DNA from: Lama glama
Taxonomy: Eukaryota
Direction of reading: 5' to 3'
Assembly (NCBI GenBank): GCA_028534125.1
Contig: CM052816.1
Location: 70,992,001 to 71,056,000 of the forward strand
DNA length: 64,000 nt
The position numbers and the translations under genes were made by a program. Shown here in pieces: positions 1 through 12,683 of this stretch. The notes below the pieces were generated by a model. That model was not told the DNA's origin. It did no database searches and saw only the letters and a program-made list of their open reading frames with translations. Each line of letters starts with the position of its first letter. Position 1 is the first letter of the stretch.

Positions 1-710
1 GAAAAACACTGCCAACCAATGATACTATATCTGGCAAAACTATCCTTCAAAAATGTAAGAGAGAGAAGGATATTCTCAGGTAAGTAAAAGCTGAGAGAAT
101 TTATCATCAACTTGCAAGACCTATCTTACAAGAATTGCTAAGGGGAGTCTTTCAAACTGAAATGAACAAGATACTAAACAGCAACATGAAACCATACAAA
201 AGTATAAAGCTTGCTGGCAAAGGGTAATATATATAAACAAATACAGAATACTGTAATACTGTAACATTGATCCATAACTCATTTTTAATTCTTACTTAGA
301 AGTTAAAAGACAAAATCATAGAAATAATTATGAAATATGTTCATGGATATATAATATAAAAAATGCAATTTGTGGTATCAATAGTATAAAGTGGCGGGAT
401 GAAAAAGTACAGAGTATTTGTGTGTGATTGAAGTTAAGTTGTCATCAGCTCAAAAGAGATTATTGTAACTCTAAGGTGCTTTGTAATTCTACTGGTAACA
501 CACAAAGAAAATATTTATAGGAGATATACAAAGAAAATGAGAAACAAATCAAACCATGTCAATACAAAAAAAATCAACAAAACACAAAAGAAACAGCAAG
601 AGAGAAAAAGAGAAAAAAAAGCTTCAAGACAGACAAAACAATAAAGAAAATGGCAATAGAACCTTCTTCTCTATCAATAATTACTTTAAATGTAAATGGA
701 TTAAACTTCC

Positions 711-1036
711 TGTTATGATGTATGTGATTTCTTGATGTGATTCTTGTAATTATATATATATAATACATTATATATATAACACATTTTATATATGTGTCTA
801 TATGTATAAAACACATTATATGTGTGTGTGTGTGCATGTGTATGTGTGTAAAATATATAAAAATAACACAATAGGAGGCTGAAGGTTTCAATAAACCAGT
901 TCATTCATGAACCATATCTGTTTGTTCTAACCTGTCATTTGATCAAGGTAATAAGGAACCTGCCCCTCTCTTGGAGAGGTTAATTTGTTACTAGATACCA
1001 AGGAGTTAGACCAGCCTTGCATGGTCCAGCGTAACA
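711..1036. mobile_element. Solo-LTR-like insertion inside L1 ORF2 (family uncertain, start resembles MER21-type LTRs)
   Basis: Starts TGTTATG, ends CGTAACA (TG..CA with short inverted ends). Flanked by CTTCC (706-710) and CTGCC (1037-1041). L1 ORF2 homology stops before it and resumes after it. Confidence 0.7.
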
Positions 1037-1293
1037 CTGCCCTGTCATAAGACAGAATAGCTGAAGAGATTAAAACGTGTTGTCTACAAGACACTTTAGA
1101 TTTAAGAGCATGCATAGGCTAAAAATGAAAGGATAGACAAAGATATTCCATGCAAATAGTAACCAAAAAAGATCAGGGGTGGCCATTCTCATATCAAATA
1201 ACATAGACTTTAAGTCAAAAACTGTGAAAAGGGACAAAGAAGGACATTATATAATGATAAAAGGATTGTTTCACCAGGAAGATTCAACAATTT

Positions 1294-1325
1294 TATATAT
1301 ATATATATATGTATGTATGTATATG

Positions 1326-1356
<31 letters not shown>

Positions 1357-1420
1357 TTGTATATGTATATATATATGTGTTTATATGTATATGTGTTTAC
1401 ATATACACACGCACACACAC
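1294..1420. repeat. Compound (TA)n/(TG)n/(CA)n microsatellite
   Basis: Directly visible dinucleotide runs inside the L1 endonuclease region. Confidence 0.95.
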
Positions 1421-4197
1421 ATCAGAGCACCCAAATATATGAAGCAAAGAATGATGGAACTGAAGGGAACAACATAACTCTTTACTATAAAACTCCTAGA
1501 ATAAATCATAGGGCAAACTTTCATGACATTGGTCTTGACAATGATTTCTTGGCTATAACACTAAAAGCACAGGCAACAAAGCGGATAAACAAATGGACCA
1601 CACCAAAGTAAAAAGCTAGGTGCACAGGAAAGGAACCACTCAGTACAATCAAAAGGCAACCTACAGAATGTGAGATAATATATTTAAACTATACACCTGG
1701 TAAGGGGTTCATATACAAAATTTATTAAGAACTCTTACACCTCAATGGTAAAAAATAGGTAAATAACCCAGTTTAAAAATGGGCAAAGGACTTGAATAGA
1801 CATTCCTTCAAAGAAAACATACAAATGGCTGAGAGGCATATGAAAATATGTTGGCATCACTAATATCAAGGAACTGCAAATCTAAATCACAATGAGGTAT
1901 CACCTTACTCTTGTTAAGATGCTTATTATCAAAAAATGAGAAAATAAGAAGTGTTGGCAAAAATGCGAAGAAATTGAAATACTTGTGCGCTGTTGCTGGG
2001 AATATAAAATCGTGCAACTGCTATGGAAAACAGTATGGAGGCTCCTCAAGAAATTAAAAATATTACTACTATATGATCTAGAAATCTCAGTTTTTAATAT
2101 TTGCCCAAAAGAATTAAAAGCATGATCTTGGAGATATTTTTACATTACCAAATTTATTGCAACATTTTTAGCAGTAGCCTAGAAGTTGGAAACAATGTAA
2201 ATGACTATGGGTGAATAAATAGATAAAGATAACATGAGATGTGCGATACATATTAGAATATTCAGCCTTAAAAAAGAAGTAGATCCTGCCATTTGTAGCA
2301 ATATGGATGAACCTTGAATATAGTAAGCCAAGTTAAATAAGCTAATCACAAAAGGATAAATATTGCATGATTCCATCTCTACGAGGTATCTAAAGTAGTC
2401 AGACCTCTAGAAAAAAAGTAGAATGGTGGTTGCCAGGGGCTGAGGGGAGGAAGAAATGAAGAGTTCCTGTTTAATGCATCCAGAGATCAGTCATGCAAGA
2501 TAAAAAAGTTTGAGAGATCTTTTGTATAACATTGTGTTTATAGTTAACAGTAGTGTACTGTACACTTAACATGATATCTACCCTCAATAATTTTTATTTT
2601 TTTTTACCATAAAAAAAAAAACGAGAAGGAAAGCCCATAGATATGGAAGACAGAAAACAGAAATGATAGCTATGCAGTCTAAGTGGGCAGAGCTTCTGCT
2701 GTCTTGTTCACTGATGTACCCCCAGGGTTTGGTATGGAAGTACCACAGTGTACTTTGAGTGTTTGACTCAAAAAATGTATTGACTAAAGGAGATTTAAGA
2801 TCTTCATTGTACTTAAGAGAGAAAAGAAAGAAAGGAACCCAAAACACTTGCAAAAAATTAACTAGAACTGGAAAAATAACATGCTCAAAATATTCTTGAG
2901 AAAAAAATTAAAACTTCAAAATTAATAATGTGCTGACAGCATTTGAATTAACATGATGAAAGTGAGTGAGAAAATGGAGAAACTCTTAGTTCTAGTAATA
3001 TAAAACACTGATATATCTTCACATGTATTTTTAGGTGTTAGAATGTTGATGTTGAATAAAAAATAATACTATGACATAGATAATAACATAAATCATAAAA
3101 TATAACAAATAGTGACATAAAACTTTTGGCAAAGGGGAAAAAATGAGAAAACATATGAGAAGCCCTTGAACTAACACAGATTTCCCTTAATGTGTGGTAG
3201 GTTATTATTCCCCATTTTGTCTACAACTTTGTGTTTTAAAGACTAAATGCAAAAGGAACAAGGCCTTACCATCTGGTGAAGTAAGGAGTTTAAACTATGA
3301 CCCCTGTTTAAACTTGGGACTTGAAGGTTGTGCTCTCAACAGACATGATAAAAACTCTGTTCTCTGGCATAGTGAATTTGAGAAATAGAAACTCTAGGCC
3401 TGTTCTTGCCATAGGTTTAGGATTCAGATTTTTGCTTTTCACTTAGTTCATCACCCAAGATGAAAAATTAACAGCAACAAAAATGATTTTTAGCTGATGA
3501 TGCCTCTCAGGTGCTTGGCAGAAACAAATGCAAAACCATTCTGGAAGGCACTCTACATAACTTCTTAAAAATATATACATTTAAAAAAATCTCCCATAAA
3601 GATAAGCTCACAAACATGTGAATACATACATAAATATATACATGAAAGTATAGAAATAATATTTTAGCAATGAATTCCAAAAACTATGAGAACTCAAGTC
3701 TCTAAAACAGCAATGTCCCATGACCTTTTATGTCATTTGTGTAATGACAAACCGTAAGTGTGTATCTTCAGCTTGACCTCTACTCTGAATTTTTGTATAT
3801 ATGGGAATAATCATATATAAATCATCATAATGTGTGACTACACTTAGGAATATATAAATGTATTGCCGACTCAATGTCTCCAACTGGATATCTAATGACC
3901 GTCTCAAACTTAGTATGTCCAAAATTAAATTCTTAATTTCCATTTTACATTGCTCTTCTCCCTGTCTTTACCATCCTTAATTTCTATCTTTCTTTCACAT
4001 CCTTTCTCCCATCAGTTAGTAAATCTTCTAAGTCAATGTTTAAAATACACCCTAAATTTGATAACATTTTACTGATTTCTCCAAGTCTACTCTAGACTAA
4101 GCCATTGTCAGCATCTTGTGCTCCTGCGGTAAGTAACCTTCTAGTTGGTTATTTCTGTCTTCTAATCTTTCTTCTTTTTCAGTTTTTCATGACACAT

Positions 4198-4325
4198 AAC
4201 CATTCATTCATCCATTCAGTAAGTATTTATTGAACATCTACTATGACCTAAGTACTTGTCTAGGTTCTCATTGCGTATTAGTGAATGAAAAGGACAAGTT
4301 TTCTTTACTTGTGGTGTATATGTTT
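4198..4325 (-). mobile_element. L2 3' end fragment
   Basis: cattcattcatccattcagtaagtatttattgaacatctactatg is the reverse complement of the L2 tail. Confidence 0.8.
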
Positions 4326-4779
4326 GGCAAGAAATTTTTGTTTTTAAGTCAGATCATGTCATTCTCAAAATACTTTGATAGTTCTTATCTCACTCAAATC
4401 TCAGAACCTCAAGACTCACTATAGGCTTGAGGCCTTAAACAATCTAAACCCCTGTGGAAAATTCCTGACCTTATCTCCTGCTATTCACCTCTTACCCATT
4501 CAACTTCACCTATACGGTTTTGTTTTTGGCTTTGTTTGGTTTTATTATGTTCTTCTGGTCTGTGAAGCTCCCTCCGGACATTTATCCCCCTGTTCTCTCT
4601 GTGAAGAGTACTATTCGCTCTGTTCTTTGAAGTCTCTCATTCAGTTTCACCACTTGCAAGCCTGCCATGATAACCATTTAAACTGCGCTCCTTCCACCTC
4701 TTCATCCTGATTGATTTTTCTTCAGGTAACTTATAATGTACTAGCATTCTATATATTTACTTGTCATATCTCCTTAGGC

Positions 4780-5309
4780 CTGAGGTTTCTAAACTGTGCA
4801 CCAAAGTGCACTGGGCCACTGCAGTGAACTCACAGGGGGCACTGTTGGATATTTTAAGTATGTGAGGGCAATGTCTTTATATGTTTCGCATAAACTGTTA
4901 ATTTGGAATGTTAGTTTTTATGTTAGGTCAATTACATTCTTTGTGGAGCGTAGTATTTTTACAAAGCTGTGTTTTTGGTGGCAGTGACAGTGATTAAAAA
5001 GCACAAATACTGTGAAAAAAATCAGTATTAAATAATAAATGAGGGGGGTGGTTTCCAGTGTAATCCCAAAGTCCAAGCAGTGCCCAACAGCTGTACACTT
5101 CCCACTAGTAATTGTGGTCATTAAAGAATAGGATAAATATTTTTCAATGTATGTGTACTATCGTTTTAAACAATGTGTTAGCACATAAATAAGTTTAGAC
5201 CTAAATACTTAATAAATGGAACTGTTAGGTATTCCTTTTGGCCTAGAGCTACTGCAAAAAATTACTGAGAAACTAAGGGTGCTGTGAACTGAGACAGTTT
5301 GGAAGTCTG
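4780..5309 (+). mobile_element. hAT-Charlie non-autonomous DNA transposon (Charlie4a/MER80-like)
   Basis: Start ctgaggtttctaaactgtgcacc...gcagtgaactcacaggggg and end aaattactgagaaactaagggtgctgtgaactgagacagtttggaagtctg match the recalled consensus. Degenerate terminal inverted repeats; about 530 bp. Confidence 0.8.
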
Positions 5310-5404
5310 AACCATAAACAGTTAGGTTCATGCAGGCAGGGACTTCGTTTCTTTTGTCTTTTTCCCCAGCACCTAAAAGAGAAGTAACACATAATAGTAC
5401 AACA

Positions 5405-6920
5405 GCATTGAAAGGCAGTAGTAAAGGGAAATCTTCCTGGTGACAAGAACTTGAGATATTTCTGGTGGTTTACTTTATGTGAAAGAGAAAGTCTGAGGCT
5501 TAGGTTGATACTGACTTATAGTGACTAATAGTTTGGGTGGTTGATAAAATAAAATTGGAAAACTGGTAATTAAGAAATCCAGGTGAGAAGCATGTGGTTA
5601 GATCTCTCAAGGTGTGAAGATATCAGTACTTCCTAAATGCTCACCAGAGGTCATTCTCTAAAAGGAGGCTCTCATTAAAAAGGTAGACAAAATGACCTAT
5701 CTTAGAGTTGTCACTTAGCCTCTTTCCCTAGACACCTTTGATCACCTTGAGCCCATGGACACAGGGATTGAAGCTACGCATTGGCTCAATGACACGGACT
5801 TCCTCTCACCAAGATTGTCTAGCTTCTTTCCCAGTTGAGTTTTCAACCTGCCAACATCAGAGGACCTGAGCCCCCAACTGGGCACCATCCACTGGTGTCA
5901 GGTAACTTAACGTTAGGCCTCTTCTCCCATGGAGGGGAGCAGAGATTGACACATTTTATGCAGATTGGGTTTCTTCCCTTTGGACAGTGCTTCTGTCAGA
6001 ACAACCGTTCAAAGACATTAAGGATGCCTTGCCTTTCACCATAATATTCCACACAGCATCAATTCTGATCGGATGATTCATTTTATTCAAAATAAATGCA
6101 ATGATGGGCTCCCTCACAAAATTATCTGGAAGTTTTATGAGGCTCAATGGACCCTGGCTTTCATCACCCAGTAGCAACAGAATGAATAAACAGCCTGCTG
6201 AAGACCTAGCTATGGTACCAGCTGGGAGAAAACACCATTAGAGGATGGGGCATTTTCCTACTGGTTATTTCAAATGCCATAAACTTGTGGTCGATATGTG
6301 TTGTCACCATCTCATACCCAGAATTTGTTGTTCTGGGGACAAAGGAGTAAAGGTGAAGTGGCCCCTTCCTCATTCCACTAAATTACACACTGGAAAAAGT
6401 TTGGCTTATCTACTCTGCTACCTTGGACTTTGCGTGTTGAAAGTCCTTCTTTTTACCACTCAAGAGAAGAATCCTATCAGAGAACGCTATGCTGGGTCAG
6501 ATGAATTGGTAGTTGAGGCCTTTCCTGGGTTGTTTTGGGTATGTTGTTTAAACAAAACGCTGACAGAGGGGATCATAGAAGGTCAGGGAGAGTAATCCTA
6601 ATTATCAGTGGGAATATTGGGTTTCAGCTACACACCTGGGACAAGGAGGAGCGAGAATCCAGTGGATTTACATAGGAGCCCCTTGGTACTCTCTTGCCTA
6701 ATATCTGTATCAGTGGAAAGCTAGAGCAACTCAATAAAGGTAAGACCACCAAGGGCTCAGATCCTAGGAAGGTGGTTTGGCTCACTCTCCCAGGGAAGGG
6801 ACACCATCCAGTTTAGATGATGGATGGCTGAAACTAACGAGAGCATGGAATATGTGATGGAAGATAAAAATTGTAATTATCAACTTGGACCTTATGATCA
6901 AGTATAGAAACAGGACTATA
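5405..6920 (+). mobile_element. ERV-L internal region: degraded RNase H, integrase, dUTPase
   Basis: Colinear, degraded matches to ERV-L Pol: GKSS.. (5426), ..NAHQR (~5636), AWAQ.HGLPLTK-like (~5778), HNIPHSI (~6040), dUTPase-like segment ~6400-6700, terminal YQL..YDQV..QD (~6878-6920). dUTPase placed after integrase is typical of ERV-L. Confidence 0.88.
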
Positions 6921-6936
6921 GCGGGAGTTTTTATGT

Positions 6937-6985
6937 ATCTTTCTTTCCTTCTTTCTTTCTCTTCCTCCCTCCCTCCCTCCCTCCC

Positions 6986-7016
<31 letters not shown>
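6937..7016. repeat. Pyrimidine-rich simple repeat (CTTT/CCCT/CT)
   Basis: Directly visible. Confidence 0.95.
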
Positions 7017-7021
<5 letters not shown>

Positions 7022-7149
7022 GCTATTTTTCTTTTTCTCCTTATTCTCTCATGACCTTTTGAGGAGAATACAATGAATTAAATGTGAACTGAAATTACAA
7101 AACCATCATCTGGAAACAGAAAAAAGAAAATATTTTACAAGACAAAATG

Positions 7150-7602
7150 TGTGGATTATACTGGAGATTTTCGACTTTCCCTTCCAGATCTCTGCCTTTG
7201 ACTCCTTGCTTATTTCTTTGGGAGGCTAAGTTGTATGCTTTCGTTACAGACTTCCTTGCCTCTGGATTCTGGTTGACTTAGGCCAATGGAAGGCACCAGT
7301 AGAACACTGAGGGACAGGTGATGAGTGAGGTGCTGTCTGCTTCCTTGTCTGCATTGGCAGTAGCTCTATCCTTCTATTTAAGACTGCATCTGCTCTGAGC
7401 TGGCCTTCCCTGTTTTGCAACTACTCTCTGAGTTCCAGGAAGCACTCCCCTACTTGCCCATTCAGATCTTGTGCTAGGAACTCACCAGTCCTTATTAATT
7501 TCCCTAGCTCCATCTACACGTTTATGAATGGTTCTTTTATTAAATTCTCAAGTGTGCCGTTTAAATGTGCTGTATCTTTCATTCCAAGACCCTGGCTGAT
7601 AA
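7150..7602 (+). mobile_element. ERV-L LTR (LTR33-like), probable 3' LTR of the upstream internal fragment
   Basis: cttgcctctggattctggttgacttaggccaatggaaggcaccag, and end ttttattaaattctc...tgtgctgtatctttcattccaagaccctggctgata, match recalled LTR33. Confidence 0.75.
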
Positions 7603-10600
7603 AAATAAATAAAATTAAGCCACAGTCTTTGGGGCCATAGGGTGAGGTCTATTTAGAAAACTGGGGTGTTGGGGGTTGGTAGACAGTCTTATCCCAGAGC
7701 CTGTCTTAACTACTCTATATGATCTTCAGGAAGTTTGAAAACATTATTTTGAAGTCATTATCCTGATACTGTTAACTCAGACTAAAATTTGGTTAGACTG
7801 TCTCATCCTTTCTAGTTTGCAAATAATTTCTCTTGTTTTCTGCTATTTTACTCAAGATGATACAGTGAAACTTTACCCCATCTCACAAGATCAGCAAGTC
7901 CATTCCATTTGTCTGTGTAAAGCTTAGCTACAACAAAATGATTAACAACTTTTTGTAGATGTTTATATTTGAACTTTGTACCTTTGAATATTATATTTAG
8001 GAACACATAGTGTACTGATTATTGTATTTCAGCTAAACAAACAGCCAAAAATAATTATCTCCTGGAGAATCATCAATAATATCACTTCTCATCCATCTGC
8101 TAATGAACCTATGTACTTTCCAATTAGATTTCCAATTAGTATTCCATTCCATGGAACAAAATAATTACCTTTTCTCTGACTTGTTCCATGTTCTCAATGA
8201 AAAAAAATCCTTTATGAAGTTCTTTTTATCCAAAGTCTGAGTTTGGAACAAACTTTAAGCTCAAACAAATGGTACAATGGTTATTGGCAAAAAAAGAAAG
8301 AATGGTGCAATGGTGTGTAGCAATAATGAAACACAAAATACTCAAAAGCATTTCAAGCAGGTGGTGCCACCTGTACCCATCTAATTCCTATCCTGACAGT
8401 CTGCCACCCACTTGTTAAAAGGATGGAGAACTTGATACTTGTTCAGTCTTGGTAGGGAAAGGGAACTGTGGCTCTAGCTCAAGTACTAAGTCAGATATGG
8501 AGGAGAGGATTATTACTGTTAGTGCCAGTGGATAATTTTCTTTCTGTGAAACAACTGTGGGGATCTCCTCAACAAATCTAGCTTTGATATTGGCAAGCTA
8601 TCAAATGCGAGAATGGACACCTGTGGGCAAGGAATTCCCAGCTGTACTTGTTGCCCTGCTGTTCCAGCTGGTTGGCGTTTCCTTACAAAGAGTATAGAAA
8701 AGGGTCTGGATGAGGGGGAGATAAGCTCAGCCTGCTCTGAAATCAAGAAATACATTAGAAGATCATTTTAGAGGAGGTCATCTTTGGGGAACCCATTAAA
8801 GAAGAATGAACCCAAATAAAGGAGCATCTTTTAAGAAACTCCTAGGGTGTTCTTTCTTTCAATGCCATTATGGTTGGGATGCTATATGATCAGCTCTGGA
8901 AAGAAATAATGTGAAGCATGTTGAATGAATAAACAAATGACTAATCAATGAGTGATAGTCCCCCAAATCCAAATGCCATAATCAGACTATGTAAGCACAT
9001 TTTACTTTAGCATTTTTTTAATTGAAGATGCTATTGTTAAATACGTTACTATGTCTGCCTTGTGTTGGGATACAAAATTTATCACAGTTATTTCTGGCTT
9101 TCTTTGTGTTTGATCACAGATGAATCACTTCAAAGTGAGCCTTAGATTCCCCATCTTCTAATACTTCTGTACATCATTACAGAGGAATTGGCCAATATTA
9201 TAAGAAAACATATTGGTAACTTTCTCAGTCACAGGAAAACCCAAGTGTCTCTGGTAGATCATCCTCACCTGAGGGTTTCTTTTTAAAAAAGTAAAGCCAT
9301 GTGCCTTTGAGTAGATCTGGCTGTAGATATTATTCGTCAGCAAATGCTAATTTCCTTCAAGTTACTTTATGTTATTTTCTTCACGTTGAATTTCTTGAGT
9401 AGAATCAAGATAGGCCAGGCCTTAGCACAGCCTTTTGACTCTGGTCATCGTTTTCTTTCTGGCCAGTGACAGCAGACAAAGAGTGTCATAATGCTGGTAG
9501 TATCTTTAGGTTCTAAGTTAGTCCTTAATTTGTCCACTTCCCAAACATGAGGTCATTTGTAGACAGGAGAATTTACGTCGTATTCTCCCATCTACCTCGG
9601 TGTTGCATCCTTTATCCGTTATGGTTTGTGCAGCCATAATTAGCTAACGATAATAGCTAATCCATGGAATTACCTCATCTCCTGTACTGGGGGAAGGAAC
9701 AGGCAGAGGATGTCTCCTGGAGAAACTAAAGTAGCTAGCATTACAATAGCAATTATTGAGAGCTAACACGAGTTTTCTAGGTTTGAAATAGTTAAAATTG
9801 TCTTTTATAAGGTAATGTGTTCTTCCACTATTAAGTCATTTTGTTATTACATGTGTTCCAATCTTAGAGAAGGAAGAGCCTGACAGCCCTGGTGGTGTGA
9901 GGTCCAAAGTAGAATCCTGTCACAAAGTTCCTTTTAGAAGCCTAGAATTTCTTCAAGAAAATGAACGTCTTCTGCTGCTGTATCTTAATGCATCAAAGGT
10001 GCCTGTAATTTGTGTAAAACATTTGGGTACATGGCAGCATATCAGAGTTTCATGTAAAAAAAAAGTTCTTTCTAGTAGGGATATATGCAGGGAACAAAAT
10101 CCTAAGAAAAATAACAATGGAAACTTTATATTCATCTTCTAGGCGACATATTCAGGTTGTCTGGTGTGAAGCAGCATTCAGCACTATACTTAAATCTCAC
10201 ACCAAGCAGGGTAACTAATCTCAGTGCAGTGGTGACAGGTGCAAGCCTTATGGCTTTTTACTGTAGGTTTGCTGGGAAATGGCACTTAATAATGGTGCCC
10301 AGCTTCCTCCTGATTCAGAGAATCTGTTTTCTTAAATCTTCAAGTCACTGATTGTCAAAATTTTTAGGATGATATTTATATTAGTAATCTTTCAGGTTGT
10401 TAAAAATATTTCCACATTTCTTTTTTTTTTTTTTTTGCTCACCCTATTGTCAAGAATTTTTGTTGATTTTTCCTTTTTACTCTTAAAGAAGTAAGACTGG
10501 TTTAGAGGAATGTATGAAATGGTTAAGTGCAAACTAATTTGAATTAGAATATATTTAACATTTCTCCAAAAGAGCAATACTACCTAAAGCAAATGTTTAT

Positions 10601-11269
10601 TTAATATTATGCATAAAAAAGATCAGGTGTGCACTATGACATATGCAAACAGATCTAATTATATTCTTTAATTATTTATGTTATATTTGAAAATGGCAAG
10701 GATGCCACCATTTATTTCTCATATCATTCCTGCTATAGTGATTCATTTGTATCTTTAAAGACATTACAAGTTTAGGATAAGACTCTTTTGGCCAGATACA
10801 GATTTAGAGTCTTATTTACTGTCTGTTTTCAGTCATGAGATACCTTCGTAATTTGAAGAAGAAGAAGTATAATTTATAAATTCTTTTTACTTCACAATCC
10901 AAACAAGTGAATAGCGACTGACACCCCACCCCCCACCCCACCTGCCAGCACACACACACACTCACACACAGAGAACTACATTATAATGTAACAGGAATTC
11001 ATATTACTTCATAGTTGGTGCATATTTTAACATTTGTTTATTTCTGGAGTTTCAGGGATTGGGTGGAGAGATTAGGGATGAAAAGAGTGTATTTGACTTG
11101 TCGTGACTTCTGTTCCCTAATCCAGCCTGTATGATTCTCCTACTGGAATCTCACCATTAATTTTACCAGTCAAGAAAGATTCTAAATAACCTATACTCAT
11201 ACATCATTGATGGTTTGAAGAAAGCTCACCAAATCACTAACAGAGACACTGCTATAATGCTGCTGATTA

Positions 11270-11560
11270 GTGAGGGAAGAAACTGAGGCATAATGAGGCT
11301 AAGGGATTTTCTTTAGGACCAGGGTTGGCTTCAAGGGCATGAGACCTGCTGTTATATAGAGCTTTATGCTCAAATGGGTCTTGTATTTGAATTAGTCCTT
11401 AGTTGTTGCCAACTTAATAATTTTTGAAAAAGGGGCTCTGCTTTTTTATTTTGCACTGGGCCCCAAATATGATATAGCAGGTCCTATATCAGATGCATAA
11501 CTAGTTAAGTGTCAGTTGGATTCATTACTCTTACAACAATATGATTTGAACTCAAACTCT
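11270..11560 (-). mobile_element. MIR SINE fragment split by MER91A
   Basis: gaaactgaggcataatgaggctaag before the insert; actagttaagtg...atgatttgaactcaaactct after it. Confidence 0.6.
11320..11486 (+). mobile_element. hAT-Tip100 MITE (MER91A-like)
   Basis: cagggttggcttcaagggcatgagacctg...ttaataatttttgaaaaaggggctctgc...ttttgcactgggccccaaat...tagcaggtcct matches recalled MER91A. Confidence 0.8.
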
Positions 11561-12434
11561 TAAAATTTAATATCTATTGTCTATTGTTATCATTGTACCA
11601 GTATAAGCTGCATGGAATAGAACACCCAGGTAGGACTCTATATCAAGGCCATAGGATCACAGTGCTTTGATCTAATCTGGACTTTTGGAACTGCTGATAG
11701 ACCAGTTTTGCCAAGGCATGTGGACATGTAAGAATAAATTAAATTCCCGAGCAAAATTACAATTTGTGAAGAAAGGGGGAAAGGAGATTCTAGATTAACA
11801 AATAACAATATTTGCCTTAACTCTTAAATTTTTTTACCTAGTAGGTTATTAGTGCTTTTAACTTGCCATAATTACATAGAGAAATATTTTTCCAAGAGTA
11901 GTGTCTATAGATTAATTTCACAAGTCTGCTTGAAATGAAATAAGGTAATAAATTTTTCATAACACTAAATTTATTTAACTTAAAGATATACTCTTTTCTC
12001 AATATCTTTCCAAGTTTTAGTGTCATGTGATTTTTTCCTTTATAGAAATAATAAAAGATAACATAAGAAATTTACTTGGAAATAGTAAATTTGGAAATAA
12101 TACAGAAGCTTTCTTGTTATGATTATCACTGGCGTTATTTTTGTACTTTTACTATTTATTGAAATCTTCGAAATTTAATTAGAAAAACTTAAAAATTTAA
12201 AGTGATAAATGTTTTTGAGACAAAATTTGGGTCCCAAATATGGTAATTAAGCTATATATTATGGTATAATAATAGTTAAAACTTCTTGAATTCTTGAGGC
12301 TTCCTCTTTGCCTGGCATCATTCTAAGTTTTTATATGGCATGGAATTTTGGAGACTCAGTGGTGTATTTTTGATCAAATGCTTGAGTAGGTGATAATCTA
12401 TTTAGAGGTAGTGAGGCCAACTCGAGCAGAGAGG

Positions 12435-12683
12435 CAATAAGTACCTGGTTAAGAAGAATAATCTATCTGGATTCAGATCTTGCCTCCACCACTTACTAAC
12501 TGTGTGAACATTGGCAAGTATTAAACATTCTTAATACTTGAGTTTTTTTCATATATAAATTGTGGTAATACTAATAACCTCCTTCATACAGTTATATGAA
12601 GATTAACTGATTTAGTAAATACAAAGCACTTTGAAGGGAATCAGTCATGTCATATTGTAAACATTATAAATGCAGCAACTACT
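12435..12683 (+). mobile_element. MIR SINE
   Basis: ctggattcagatcttgcctccaccacttactaactgtgtgaacattggcaagt...gaagattaactga...aaagcactt. Confidence 0.85.

Larger units (their letters stand above)
1..2621 (+). mobile_element. Old L1 LINE (L1MA10/L1MB1-like 3' end): ORF1 end, spacer, ORF2 start, large internal deletion, ORF2 end, 3'UTR, poly(A)
   Basis: ORF2 start ATG at 650 leads into SLSIITLNVNGLN. ORF 1179-1442 gives endonuclease residues AILISNNIDFKSKTVKRDKEGHYIMIKG. At ~1470 the sequence jumps to C-terminal ORF2 (FHDIGLDNDFLAITLKAQATK). 3'UTR contains gtagaatggtggttgccaggggctg; A-tail 2611-2621. Many stops and frameshifts. Confidence 0.93.
3760..5400 (+). mobile_element. L2 LINE 3' portion, interrupted by an antisense L2 end and a hAT element
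   Basis: L2 hallmarks: ctggatatctaatgaccgtctcaaacttagtatgtccaaaattaaattc (~3883-3932), aagtcagatcatgtca (~4346), and 3'-end gcagggacttcgtttcttttg...cccagcacctaaaa (~5336-5378). Confidence 0.8.

Noticed and set aside
574..1611. ORFs of 62-105 aa rich in Y/I/C/V/H/T
   Set aside because: They translate TA/TG/CA microsatellites and broken L1 ORF2, not genes.
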